NCBI GenBank assembly: GCA_036626435.1
Contig: JAZKRS010000004.1
Location: 2,517 to 66,516 of the forward strand
Reading direction: 5' to 3'
DNA length: 64,000 nucleotides
Origin: Haloarculaceae archaeon
Lineage (GTDB): Archaea > Halobacteriota > Halobacteria > Halobacteriales > Haloarculaceae
Part shown: positions 1-8,505 of the stretch, piece by piece
Numbering within the stretch: position 1 is the stretch's first letter
Layout: every line of letters starts with the position of its first letter
Notes under the pieces: generated by a model
Seen by the model: only the letters and a program-made list of their open reading frames with translations
Told to the model about the DNA's origin: nothing
Databases searched by the model: none
Made by a program: the position numbers and the translations under genes

Positions 1-569
1 CGGATGGCGCACCGGGGATAGTTGTCTTCGCTCACGGGAGCGGTTCAAGCCGGAAAAGCCCGCGCAACAACTTCGTCGCAGAGGTCATTCGCGAGCGTGG
101 ACTCGGCACTCTGCTGTTCGACCTGCTCACCGAGGAAGAGGACCGAGTTCGGGAGAACCGCTTCGATATTCCACTGCTGACCGACCGTCTCCTCGCAGCC
201 ACCGAGTGGCTGCGGGCTCGTGACGACACAGCCGACCTGACCGTAGGTTACTTCGGCTCCAGTACGGGTGCTGCGTCCGCCCTACGGGCGGCGGCACACA
301 GAAGCGCCGATGTCGATTCCGTCGTCTCGCGAGGTGGACGGGTCGACCTAGCCGAAGAGGTTCTCGACGAGGTACGAGCACCAACGTTGTTCATCGTCGG
401 CGGAGCCGACACGCAAGTACTTGAACTCAACCGCGAGGCCTACGATCGGCTCTCCTGCGAGAAGGAACTGCACGTCGTTGCAGGCGCCGGCCACCTCTTT
501 GAAGGGGAAGGGGAGCTCGAAGAGGTCGCCGGTCTGGCGGCCGACTGGTTCGCTGAGACACTCCATTGA
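1..569 (+). CDS. alpha/beta hydrolase, dienelactone-hydrolase-like (5' end outside window)
   Basis: Frame-3 ORF open from the window edge to TGA 567-569. Translation: ...GIVVFAHGSGSSRKSPRNNFVAEV...VVAGAGHLFEGEG... It has a GxSxG-like elbow and a C-terminal His as in DLH-type hydrolases. Confidence 0.7.
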   Translation, partial: DGAPGIVVFAHGSGSSRKSPRNNFVAEVIRERGLGTLLFDLLTEEEDRVRENRFDIPLLTDRLLAATEWLRARDDTADLTVGYFGSSTGAASALRAAAHRSADVDSVVSRGGRVDLAEEVLDEVRAPTLFIVGGADTQVLELNREAYDRLSCEKELHVVAGAGHLFEGEGELEEVAGLAADWFAETLH

Positions 570-656
570 CTGGGACGACGTTGCATTCGCTTTACCCCGT
601 CTCTTCGAGCCGTAGTTGGCGACATCTTTTACTACAAGGCGATTGTTCACTCCATA

Positions 657-800
657 ATGTCACGAACGGTTGAACTCAGTGACGAACTGACAGAGCGTCT
701 GGAAGACCATCTCGAGGAAGAGGAAACAGTCGAAGAATTCATCGAAGAACTCGTGAACATTTACGAACAAGAGGAACGCTTCAGTGACCCGGGGCTGTAG
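657..800 (+). CDS. small acidic protein, possible ribbon-helix-helix fold
   Basis: ATG 657 to TAG 798-800, 47 aa (below the track cutoff): MSRTVELSDELTERLEDHLEEEETVEEFIEELVNIYEQEERFSDPGL. Called on pattern only. Confidence 0.4.
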   Translation: MSRTVELSDELTERLEDHLEEEETVEEFIEELVNIYEQEERFSDPGL

Positions 801-832
801 GTCTGTCTCTGACCCACAAAGGAACGCCACGG

Positions 833-1426
833 CTAGTTCAGCGACGCGGCGTCCAGCCACCGCGGATCATACTCGTAGTCGGTGTTTAGGGCATCGTTAG
901 TGCGATTCCAGGACGCGAAGTCGCTCACCAGATGAGTGAGCTGGACGATGCCCCGGTCATCCAGGCCCGCGTCTTGGAGTCGCTTGATCTCGGTGTCGGT
1001 TACCGCACCAGGGTTGTCATTGACCAGGAGAGCGTAATCAAGTATCGCCCGCAATCGCTCGTCGTCAACGGCTTTGCTCCCCTCTTCGAGAAACGTTTCA
1101 ACGTACTGAGCGTCAACGCCCAGCCCGTGTGAGAGCACCGTACAGAACGCACCCGTACAGTTCTTACAGTTGTTGGCCTGCGAGATGGCGATGCCCACGT
1201 GCTGTACTTCCGGCAGTGAGAGTTCCCCCTCCTGCCATAGGGTGACCGTCGCACGCAATTTTGTCTTCAAGTACTCGGGGAAGTTGAGTTCGGCCCGGTA
1301 GTGCGACGGGAAACTCCCCTCCAGCTGTTCGATTTGTGCGAACATCTCTTCCAGCTCCGGATCGTCTACTCTATCGCGGTCAACGGGAGATACGTGAGGC
1401 ATACACCAGTACGTGCCACTCGCCAT
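833..1426 (-). CDS. carboxymuconolactone decarboxylase / AhpD-like family protein
   Basis: 197-aa ORF (alternative start 1402, MPHVSPV...). The Cys-containing core ...QANNCKNCTGAFCTVLSHGLG... is typical of the CMD/AhpD-like fold. Confidence 0.8.
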   Translation of the reverse strand: MASGTYWCMPHVSPVDRDRVDDPELEEMFAQIEQLEGSFPSHYRAELNFPEYLKTKLRATVTLWQEGELSLPEVQHVGIAISQANNCKNCTGAFCTVLSHGLGVDAQYVETFLEEGSKAVDDERLRAILDYALLVNDNPGAVTDTEIKRLQDAGLDDRGIVQLTHLVSDFASWNRTNDALNTDYEYDPRWLDAASLN

Positions 1427-1542
1427 CTCTTAACAGTATGTCGGTCATGCGCGTCAGGACCATACTCGGGAGTGGAATTGATGGGCTGGACGAGTTGTTG
1501 CATGGCGGGTTCGTGTCCGGGCGCAGGTATCTGCTCTCTGGA

Positions 1543-2346
1543 TCACATCGCCATGCCCCCGCCCAGCGGCTGGTAGTGCGGGAGCATGGGGTGTGGAATG
1601 TGGATCCCGACTGCCATCAGCCCGTGTGCCAGCAGGACGTACCCCAGAACGAGAAAGAGGGCACCGAGCAGCCGATGGAGCCGCTGGCGGTGGACCGCAT
1701 CCACCGACTCGATGAGCGTTCCGTAGGCGAAGACTGCTGGAATCGTGCCGATTCCCAGCGCTGCGAGCGCGATAGCGCCGGAGACTGCCGACCCAGTTGC
1801 GAACGCGAACAGGTAGGCGGGATAGAGTATTGGGCAGGGCAACAGCCCGTGGAGCGCTCCCAGCCCGACGATACCCGGGCTGTTTACGAACCGCTGTACC
1901 CGAACGGCGAGCCAGTTCGTCACCCGGCCGACACCGGGGAGCTGGATGCCTGCGGCCCCGCCCCCGACCAGATACTTCGCGCCAGCCACGATCACGAACA
2001 CGCCGATCGCGATCCCGACACCGCCCCGGACCAGGTCGGCCACGGCGGTCAGCTGATCCGCAGTGACGAAGACGAACCCGCCGAGCCCACCGAAGGCAGC
2101 GCCCAGCAGCGTGTAGCTGGCTGCCCGGCCCACGTTGAACAGGGCGTGCTGGCGGACCTCGTACAGCGTGAGATGCCCACGCGGTTCGGGGCTGCTCTCG
2201 GTGGCCATCCCGCCGTCCGGGCGCGGGGTCATTCGTTCCGAGTACATCGTCACGAGCGGCCCACACATCCCGATACAGTGGGCTCCGCCGAGTAACCCGA
2301 TAGCGAGGAACAGCAGGACATCCACCCGGAATATGGCTTCGAGCAT
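1543..2346 (-). CDS. DsbD_2 / TauE-SafE-like integral membrane protein
   Basis: 267-aa multi-TM ORF with the N-terminal GGAHCIGMCGPL motif. Confidence 0.75.
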   Translation of the reverse strand: MLEAIFRVDVLLFLAIGLLGGAHCIGMCGPLVTMYSERMTPRPDGGMATESSPEPRGHLTLYEVRQHALFNVGRAASYTLLGAAFGGLGGFVFVTADQLTAVADLVRGGVGIAIGVFVIVAGAKYLVGGGAAGIQLPGVGRVTNWLAVRVQRFVNSPGIVGLGALHGLLPCPILYPAYLFAFATGSAVSGAIALAALGIGTIPAVFAYGTLIESVDAVHRQRLHRLLGALFLVLGYVLLAHGLMAVGIHIPHPMLPHYQPLGGGMAM

Positions 2347-2409
2347 GTCCGTCTATCCCTTGTAACGTGTGCACCCAATTAGCAGTTCTGGTACGAACGG
2401 CGAACCAGG

Positions 2410-2493
2410 TCATACTAACGGCTATAAGCCCGTGAGCGATGTCGATCCCCCGTGGGGTCGACTATGCTCACGAAGTTATAGCCGTCAGTATCA
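2410..2493. mobile_element. MITE family A, copy A1 (78-nt palindromic core 2413-2490 flanked by TCA/TCA)
   Basis: Core runs tactaacggctataagcccgtgagc...gctcacgaagttatagccgtcagta. It has 6 mismatches to copy A2 over 78 nt (hand alignment). The flanking TCA 2410-2412 and 2491-2493 are direct duplicates. Confidence 0.75.
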
Positions 2494-3252
2494 GGCCTCG
2501 TCCTCGTCCTCGGTGCCTCGCTGCGAGGCGTCGCTGACTGCCACCTGCGCCGCCCGGATCACCTTCCCGCCCATCTCGTAGCCCGGTCGGTGGACCTCGG
2601 CGATCGCCCCCTCGGGCTGTGCCGAGGCGATGGTCGCCAGCGCCTCGTGGCGCTGGGGATCCACGTCCCCACCCACCTCCGGGTCGATCCGTTCGACGTT
2701 CTCGCGCTGGAGTTGCTCGTCGAACTGTTTGAGCGTCGTCTCGACGCCGCCCCGGATCTCCGCGTCCTCGCCCTGTTCGAGCGCACGCTCGAGGTTGTCG
2801 CGGACATCGAGCAGACGCTCGACGAGGTCCTCGGTCGCGCGTTGCTTTTCTTCGGCCATGCGCTCCTTCTGGCGCTTCTTGTAGTTCTCGAAGTCAGCCT
2901 GCTTGCGTGCGAGGCGCGATTCGAGGTCGTCGATCTCCTCCGCACGCGATTCGACCTGGCCCTCTAAGGCGGCGACGCGCTGGCGCAGCAGCGCGATCCC
3001 GCGTGCGGTCGTCTCCGGCGATGTCTCGCGGACCCGGTCGAGCAGCTCCTCCTCGACGTCGAGGTCCCCCGGGTCCGGCACTGTGCTGTCCTCGTCGTCC
3101 GTCCTCTCCTCGCCGCCGGCGTCGCCGATGATCTCCGAGAGCGCTTCGTCGGGATCGCCCTCTGGCTCCTCGGCGATATCCTCGACTGCGTCGGCTCGGG
3201 GGGTCACGTCCTCGCTGGGGTTCTCAGAGTCGGCCGCGTCCTGCTCGCTCAT
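2491..3252 (-). CDS. grpE: nucleotide exchange factor GrpE
   Basis: Internal ATG 3252 (MSEQDAADSEN...) of the 599-aa track ORF. It has an acidic N-terminus, the coiled coil ...ADFENYKKRQKERMAEEK..., and the C-terminal ...VHRPGYEMGGKVIRAAQVAV. The stop (TCA on +, 2491-2493) is the right flank of MITE A1. Confidence 0.9.
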   Translation of the reverse strand: MSEQDAADSENPSEDVTPRADAVEDIAEEPEGDPDEALSEIIGDAGGEERTDDEDSTVPDPGDLDVEEELLDRVRETSPETTARGIALLRQRVAALEGQVESRAEEIDDLESRLARKQADFENYKKRQKERMAEEKQRATEDLVERLLDVRDNLERALEQGEDAEIRGGVETTLKQFDEQLQRENVERIDPEVGGDVDPQRHEALATIASAQPEGAIAEVHRPGYEMGGKVIRAAQVAVSDASQRGTEDEDEA

Positions 3253-3333
3253 ACCAGAAGGAAGCCCTCTCGCGGATAAAAGCGTTGAGAAAGCCGTCGG
3301 TAGATTCTTGCTCGCAGGGCCCGACCCCCCGAC

Positions 3334-4383
3334 GTGAACTCGGAGTTCGCCTTCGAACTGCAGGTCTGCCAGTGGGCCGAGCGCCACTGGCCCCCCGGTT
3401 CCGGCCGTGAAATTCCCGTCCTCGTCGCGCGTCAGCTGGGAACGAAGCGGCGGCGCTGGGATACCATCGTCCTCGAGTGTGACCCCGCGGCCCTCGCAGC
3501 CCGGGCCAGGTTCGGCACACAGCGACTCGACTCCGACCTCCTCCACGTCGTCCGGAACGCACCTGAGGTGTGGGAGTGGTACCGCGACGCACTTCCCGAC
3601 CCGGGCTACCCCTGGCGGTACGTCAGGGAGGCAGTCCACCGCGCGGCCGACCGGGGGGTCGTCGAGACCCGGAAGGCCGACACCCGGATCCAGCTCCGCC
3701 GGAAGTGGCCGTACCCGGACTGGGTCGAGCGGATTGTCGCCGTCGAAAACAAGCCCGACCTCGACGCGAGCGCGGCTCGGGCGCTCGTCGGACAGATCGA
3801 ACACGACGTCGCGCTCGCACTCGCAGACGAGGTGTGGGTCGCCACCAGCAGGGCGGACGGGCGGATCGAGCCAGCACTCTTCGAGGATATCCCGGTCGAG
3901 GCGGGGATACTGACCGTCGAGCCGGGTGCCCGCGGCGCCAGCGCGGTTGAGGTGGTCTGGCAACCCCGGACGCTCGCAGTCGACGAGCCGGGGACGCGCA
4001 TCCTCGACCGGCCACAGGGGGGCGGCCACGACGTCTCTGGGGCGCGCTTCGAGTACGCGGACCCGGACTGGAAGGCGGCGAAGCGACTCGAGATCGCCGA
4101 GCGGGCCTACGAACGGGGCTGGCGGTCCTACGCCGACGCGATGCGCCCCGACTGCCGGGGCTTCCGCCTGCAACCTGGCGAAAGCGTCGCACGGCCGTAC
4201 TGTGCGGCCAAGGGTCGTCACCAGACGCCCGGGGAGTGTGCTGGCTCCTGTCCCGACTTCGAGCCTGAGCCGCCGACCTGGCGCCAGCACGGCTGGCCCA
4301 TCGAAGGCGGGCCCGGAGCCGCCATCAAGCGCCTGCTCGACCGCCAGCGGGCACGCCAGCGGCCGGACGCACGGGAGACATGA
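3334..4383 (+). CDS. conserved hypothetical protein with PD-(D/E)xK-type nuclease signature and C-terminal Cys cluster
   Basis: 349-aa ORF. YPDWVERIVAVENKPDLD gives PD-x9-E-x-K. The C-terminus has Cys-x16-Cys-x11-Cys-x3-Cys (CRGF...YCAAKG...GECAGSCPDF). Confidence 0.7.
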   Translation: MNSEFAFELQVCQWAERHWPPGSGREIPVLVARQLGTKRRRWDTIVLECDPAALAARARFGTQRLDSDLLHVVRNAPEVWEWYRDALPDPGYPWRYVREAVHRAADRGVVETRKADTRIQLRRKWPYPDWVERIVAVENKPDLDASAARALVGQIEHDVALALADEVWVATSRADGRIEPALFEDIPVEAGILTVEPGARGASAVEVVWQPRTLAVDEPGTRILDRPQGGGHDVSGARFEYADPDWKAAKRLEIAERAYERGWRSYADAMRPDCRGFRLQPGESVARPYCAAKGRHQTPGECAGSCPDFEPEPPTWRQHGWPIEGGPGAAIKRLLDRQRARQRPDARET

Positions 4384-4389
4384 CGCCGG

Positions 4390-4869
4390 TCACTCCCGGT
4401 CGCGGATGCGGATCGACTCGCGTTCGAGTGCGAGACGGAAGGTGGGGACGGCCCTGCGGACGCGCTCGACGGCACCCTTGTCGACGAGGGTGTGGAGCGC
4501 GGAGCGGACCTCGTCGACAGTCGGATCACGCCCGGCGTCACGGAGCGCGTGCAGCGTCGCGACGACGCTCTGGTGCTCCTCGTCGGGGCCGGGCAGGACA
4601 TCGAGGGCGACCGCCTGGAGATCCGTGGCGTCGACGAAGCGCTCGGAGTCATCAGTTTCCTCCCCGGCGATCAGCGCCTCGGCCTCGGGGGTGGCACAGA
4701 TGAGGCTGTCATCGTTGCGGTAGTAGTACTCTCCGAGTTCGTCTTCGAGGTAGGCGTGGACCTCGCTGCCGCTGTCCATCCCCCACCGGTCCTGGAGGGT
4801 GGCGTTTTTCGTCGGCTGGAGCTCGACGACGTCCACCAGGCGCGCGCAAGCCTGCTCCGAGAGGGTCAT
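4390..4869 (-). CDS. acidic conserved hypothetical protein (winged-helix-like segments)
   Basis: ATG 4869 (MTLSEQACARLVDVVELQPTKNATLQDRWG...), 159 aa. The upstream extension of the track ORF to 5025 is Arg/Gly-rich and unsupported. Confidence 0.65.
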   Translation of the reverse strand: MTLSEQACARLVDVVELQPTKNATLQDRWGMDSGSEVHAYLEDELGEYYYRNDDSLICATPEAEALIAGEETDDSERFVDATDLQAVALDVLPGPDEEHQSVVATLHALRDAGRDPTVDEVRSALHTLVDKGAVERVRRAVPTFRLALERESIRIRDRE

Positions 4870-4946
4870 TACATGCCAGTACTGGGAGGGAGTACATCGG
4901 CGTTCCGGACTCGGATCGGCACCTCGGTCGGGGTTGGGGATGGAAT

Positions 4947-5399
4947 TCACTCCAGACGATCGAGCGTCGCCGCGACGTCGGCCCAGTGGCTCCCCTTCCA
5001 GAAGTGCTGCCCGCAGTCGGTACACCGCCAGATCCGGGTCTGTGCGGGGTCGGGTGCGTACTCCGGCGTGGGCTCGGTCTCTGCAACCTCTGCCAGTGGA
5101 CCGTTACAGGCGCCACACCGCCCCGGCTCGTCGGCCAGCGACAGGTCGAACCCCACCGCCCGAAGTTCCCGGAGCTGGTCCTCGACGTCACGCGACGACA
5201 GCAGTACCGCATCTCCGGCCCGCGCGGCCAGCGATTCGTCCCGCGTCACCAGCCGCCGCCCCTCTCGCTCTGTCAGCCCCAGGACCGCCTCGTCGTCCTC
5301 GACGCCCTCCTCGAGCGCGTAGGCCGTGTCGTAGCCACACATCCGGAGGTAGGTTGCGAGCTTCCCCAGCATCGCGTCCAGCAGCAGGCGGTCAGTCAT
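4947..5399 (-). CDS. Mut7-C RNase domain protein (PIN-like domain plus zinc ribbon)
   Basis: ATG 5399 (MTDRLLLDAMLGKLATYLRMCGYDT...). C-terminal CGACNG...RCTDCGQHFWKGSHW. The start lies 5 nt downstream of the polX stop. Confidence 0.8.
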   Translation of the reverse strand: MTDRLLLDAMLGKLATYLRMCGYDTAYALEEGVEDDEAVLGLTEREGRRLVTRDESLAARAGDAVLLSSRDVEDQLRELRAVGFDLSLADEPGRCGACNGPLAEVAETEPTPEYAPDPAQTRIWRCTDCGQHFWKGSHWADVAATLDRLE

Positions 5400-5403
5400 G
5401 GTC

Positions 5404-7143
5404 TCAGCCCTCGAGGAACTCGCGGACGCCGTCGGCGCCTCTCGCGTTGAGGACATCGGCCGCCTCGGCCCATCCCCGGCGGGCCGTGTGGACGCCGTAG
5501 CGCACGTGATCGTACGCCGAACGCCGGTGTGCGTCGGTGTCGATGACTATGGTCGCGCCGGCGTCGAGCGCGGTCTGGACGGCGCGCCCCTGCAGATCCA
5601 GCCGCCGGGGGTCGGCGTTGATTTCGAGGGCAGTCCCGTGCTCCGCCGCAACCTCCGCGAGCCGGTCGACATCGATGTCGAGCCCCGCGCGTTCGTTGAT
5701 GAGTCGGCCAGTCGGATGACCGACGATGTCGACGTGGGGGTGCTTCGCGGCGGCGACGAGGCGCTCGGTCCCGTCGCCGTTCAGCGCGGCGTGGGGCGAG
5801 GCCACGACGAGGTCGAGGTCGGCCAGCACGTCGTCGGCGACCGACACCGAGCCGTCGGCAGCGACGTTCGCCTCGACGCCGGCGAAGACGTCGATTTCGG
5901 CCCCGTCGTCGGCCTCCCGCACCACGCCGAGCTGTTCGCGGAGTTCCTCGTCGTCCAGCCCGACGCCGCCGACCATCCCGGGGCCGGTCGCGTGATCCGT
6001 GATGCAGACGTAGTCGTGGCCGAAGGCGGCTGCGCCGGCGACCATCTCCTCGACGCTCTCGGTCCCGTCGGAGTAGTTCGTGTGGACGTGGAGGTCGCCA
6101 CGGACGTCCTCGACTGCGAGGAGGTCCGGGAGGTCGCCGGCCGCCGCGGCGTCGATCTCGCCGCGGTCCTCCCTGAGCTCGGGCGGGATCCACGGGAGAT
6201 CGAGTGCCTCGTACATGCTCGCCTCGGACTCACCCGCGACGCGTTCGCCGGCGCGCTGGTCGTCGGGGTCCGCGAGACCAGAGACGTCGAAGACGCCGTA
6301 CTCGTTCATCTTCAGATCCCGGCCGATTGCGCGGTTCCGGAGTGTTACGTTGTGGTCCTTGCTCCCGGTGAAATACTGGAGTGCGCTCCCGAACTCCCCG
6401 GGCGCGACGACGCGGAGGTCGACACGGAGGCCGCCCGCTCGCAGGCTGGCCTTGCTCTGCCCGGCCTCGATGACCGTCTCGGCGTCCGGCCAGTCGGTGA
6501 AGGCGTCGACGACCGCCGCCCCGTCCTCGCTCGCCGCGAGAACGTCGACGTCGCCGACGGTCGGCCGAAAGCGGCGTATCGACCCGGCCAGCTCGCACTC
6601 GACGACCGCGTCCACGCCCGCGAGGTACTCCCGGACCGCCTCGCCGCGGGGCCGCCCCTCACTGAGCAGCGCGCGCTCGTGGGCCTGGCGGGCGAAGTCG
6701 ATGCCCTCCAGAATGTTCTCCTCCGTCTTCTCGCCAAAGCCCTCGACGTCCTGTATCTCGCCGGCTCTGGCGGCGGATTCGAGGTCCTCCAGTGTGCGGA
6801 CGCCGAGTGCCTCGTACAGCGCCCCGACGGTCTTTGGCCCGACGCCCTCGACGCCTGTCAGCGCTGCCATGTCGACCGGCAGCTCCTCGCGCAGCTCCGC
6901 CAGCTCCTCGATGCTCCCGGTCTCGACGTACTCGACGATCTTCGCGGAGATGGCCTCGCCGACGCCCTCGATCTCCGCGACCGCGTCTTGCCCCTCCTCG
7001 GCGAGGGCGACCACCGAGTCCGGGTGGTCCCGGACGTTCTCGGCGGCGCGGCGGTACGCGCGGGGCTTGTACTCGACGCCCTTCGCGTCGAGCAGATCGG
7101 CGAACTCCTCGAGCAGGGCGGCTATCTCGGCGTTGTCCGTCAT
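5404..7143 (-). CDS. polX: family X DNA polymerase with C-terminal PHP domain
   Basis: 579 aa. HhH motifs (GVGPKT), Pol-beta-like palm GSIRRFRPTVGDVDVLA, and PHP motif GDLHVHTNYSDG. Confidence 0.9.
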   Translation of the reverse strand: MTDNAEIAALLEEFADLLDAKGVEYKPRAYRRAAENVRDHPDSVVALAEEGQDAVAEIEGVGEAISAKIVEYVETGSIEELAELREELPVDMAALTGVEGVGPKTVGALYEALGVRTLEDLESAARAGEIQDVEGFGEKTEENILEGIDFARQAHERALLSEGRPRGEAVREYLAGVDAVVECELAGSIRRFRPTVGDVDVLAASEDGAAVVDAFTDWPDAETVIEAGQSKASLRAGGLRVDLRVVAPGEFGSALQYFTGSKDHNVTLRNRAIGRDLKMNEYGVFDVSGLADPDDQRAGERVAGESEASMYEALDLPWIPPELREDRGEIDAAAAGDLPDLLAVEDVRGDLHVHTNYSDGTESVEEMVAGAAAFGHDYVCITDHATGPGMVGGVGLDDEELREQLGVVREADDGAEIDVFAGVEANVAADGSVSVADDVLADLDLVVASPHAALNGDGTERLVAAAKHPHVDIVGHPTGRLINERAGLDIDVDRLAEVAAEHGTALEINADPRRLDLQGRAVQTALDAGATIVIDTDAHRRSAYDHVRYGVHTARRGWAEAADVLNARGADGVREFLEG

Positions 7144-7604
7144 CGCCCCAGCCCCCTTCGCGAGCCGCTCCGGCCGGCTTCGTCACTTTCGTGGCCCAGC
7201 GCCTTCTGGAGGAACTTCATCCAGCGCTTGCGGTCGGCGGCCTCCTTGGCCTTCGCCTCGCCTTCGAGGTCGACTGTCCCGAGCTGTTCGAGCGCGTTCA
7301 GCGCCCGGTCGATGCCGATGACCGCCCGCGCGAGTTCCTCGCCCTTCTCGTAGGGGACCTTGCCGTCCTCGATGCGCTGCTTGCGCTGGAGGCGCTCGCG
7401 ACGGAGGTTTCGCTTCGCGCGCTCGACGCGCTCGCGCTCCCCCGGCGGCACCGTCTCGCGTCGCCGTATCTCGAAGACGAACTCCTGGAGCGCGACCTCC
7501 TCGCCCTGGACCTCGATCTCGTCGGGGATTTCTGCGCCGATCGTCGCCCCCTCGCGTTCGATGCGCTCCAGCAGTTGTTTGCGCTCGAACTCCTTCACAC
7601 CCAC
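7140..7604 (-). CDS. charged conserved hypothetical protein, translationally coupled to polX
   Basis: 154-aa ORF rich in E/R/K. Its stop overlaps the polX start (ATGA at 7140-7143). Confidence 0.65.
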   Translation of the reverse strand: MGVKEFERKQLLERIEREGATIGAEIPDEIEVQGEEVALQEFVFEIRRRETVPPGERERVERAKRNLRRERLQRKQRIEDGKVPYEKGEELARAVIGIDRALNALEQLGTVDLEGEAKAKEAADRKRWMKFLQKALGHESDEAGRSGSRRGLGR

Positions 7605-7635
7605 ACTTACTGGCCTCCGGTACTTCGCTCCTTCG

Positions 7636-7830
7636 CTACCGTGGACGCGAGGTAATCTCTCGCCAGCAGTCCGGACAGTGGACGTCGATCGCCGACTCCT
7701 CGACGACGTGGATCCAGTCGCCCTCGATCGCGCTCCGGTGCCGACAGCGGGGACAGAACAGGATGGCCTTGTGGCTCTTTGTCCCTGCTGCGTCCGGCCC
7801 CGCCCGGCCGACTGAACGTACCGAAGTCAT
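7636..7830 (-). CDS. small zinc-ribbon protein
   Basis: 64 aa with CPRC...CPDC pairs. An AT-rich promoter-like region lies directly upstream (7831-7950). Confidence 0.55.
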   Translation of the reverse strand: MTSVRSVGRAGPDAAGTKSHKAILFCPRCRHRSAIEGDWIHVVEESAIDVHCPDCWREITSRPR

Positions 7831-7951
7831 ACTCCTGTTAGGGGATACACCGGTAAGTGTCTGTTGGGTAGATGGGGGTTATAAATCATTTTTCATCCTA
7901 TTATTTGCCGCTATAAGCTTCGATAATGAAGTGAATTGGGGAGAAAATTTG

Positions 7952-8362
7952 CTACACATCAAAAACGACGTAGGCCCGCCAGCCGTCCTCTGACCCCGAG
8001 AGGTCCATCTCGGAGTAGGTGACTGCTTTGAGGTCACGGGCTGTCACTGAGGCGAGGGGAACACCGCGGAAGGACCCATCGACCTGGCACGCACCGTCGG
8101 CTTCCCTGACGCTCGCCTCGTTGTCGACGGGCAGGACCGACCGGACGTCCCGTTCGTAGATGAGACGGTCGAGATAGTCGAACAGCAGGGCTTCGCGGTT
8201 CTCGGCAGTCACGGAAACCTCGTAGCGCTCGCCGCCGTCGGGAACCGCCTCACACATGGCGGCAGCCATCCCGTCGGCGACGGCGGCGAAGACGTCACCC
8301 AGCGTCTCACCAGTCGCTTCCACCGCCACGTCCGCCGTGTGTTCCCGGAGTTCGTATCCCAT
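7952..8362 (-). CDS. archease
   Basis: ATG 8362. MGYELREHTADVAVEATGETLGDVF... ends ...AVTYSEMDLSGSEDGWRAYVVFDV. 136 aa. The upstream part of the track ORF is an artefact. Confidence 0.85.
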   Translation of the reverse strand: MGYELREHTADVAVEATGETLGDVFAAVADGMAAAMCEAVPDGGERYEVSVTAENREALLFDYLDRLIYERDVRSVLPVDNEASVREADGACQVDGSFRGVPLASVTARDLKAVTYSEMDLSGSEDGWRAYVVFDV

Positions 8363-8505
8363 GGTTGCCACCGCCGACTCGTGTGCCGCGTGCTCTGGCG
8401 TCGCGAGCGGGTACACGTCGAGGTAGCGCCGGCGGGTGTGAAAGCGTTCGGATCGAGTCGCTCCGACGGCGACGGGCTTTTGGGCGTCCAATCGCACCCA
8501 CCACT

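Noticed and set aside
1433-1467. CAGTATG ... CATACTC pair resembling the MITE termini
   Set aside because: The arms face outward (the reverse of the MITE order), are only 6-7 nt, and have no family A/B interior. Compatible with chance.
3253-4290. N-terminal extension of grpE to a 599-aa ORF
   Set aside because: The extension is Pro/Arg/Gly-rich and fully overlaps the divergent PD-(D/E)xK gene. The GrpE-like sequence begins at ATG 3252.
5398-7353. 651-aa plus-strand ORF antisense to polX
   Set aside because: Low-complexity V/D/R/G-rich translation lying opposite a gene with clear PolX/PHP motifs. GC artefact.
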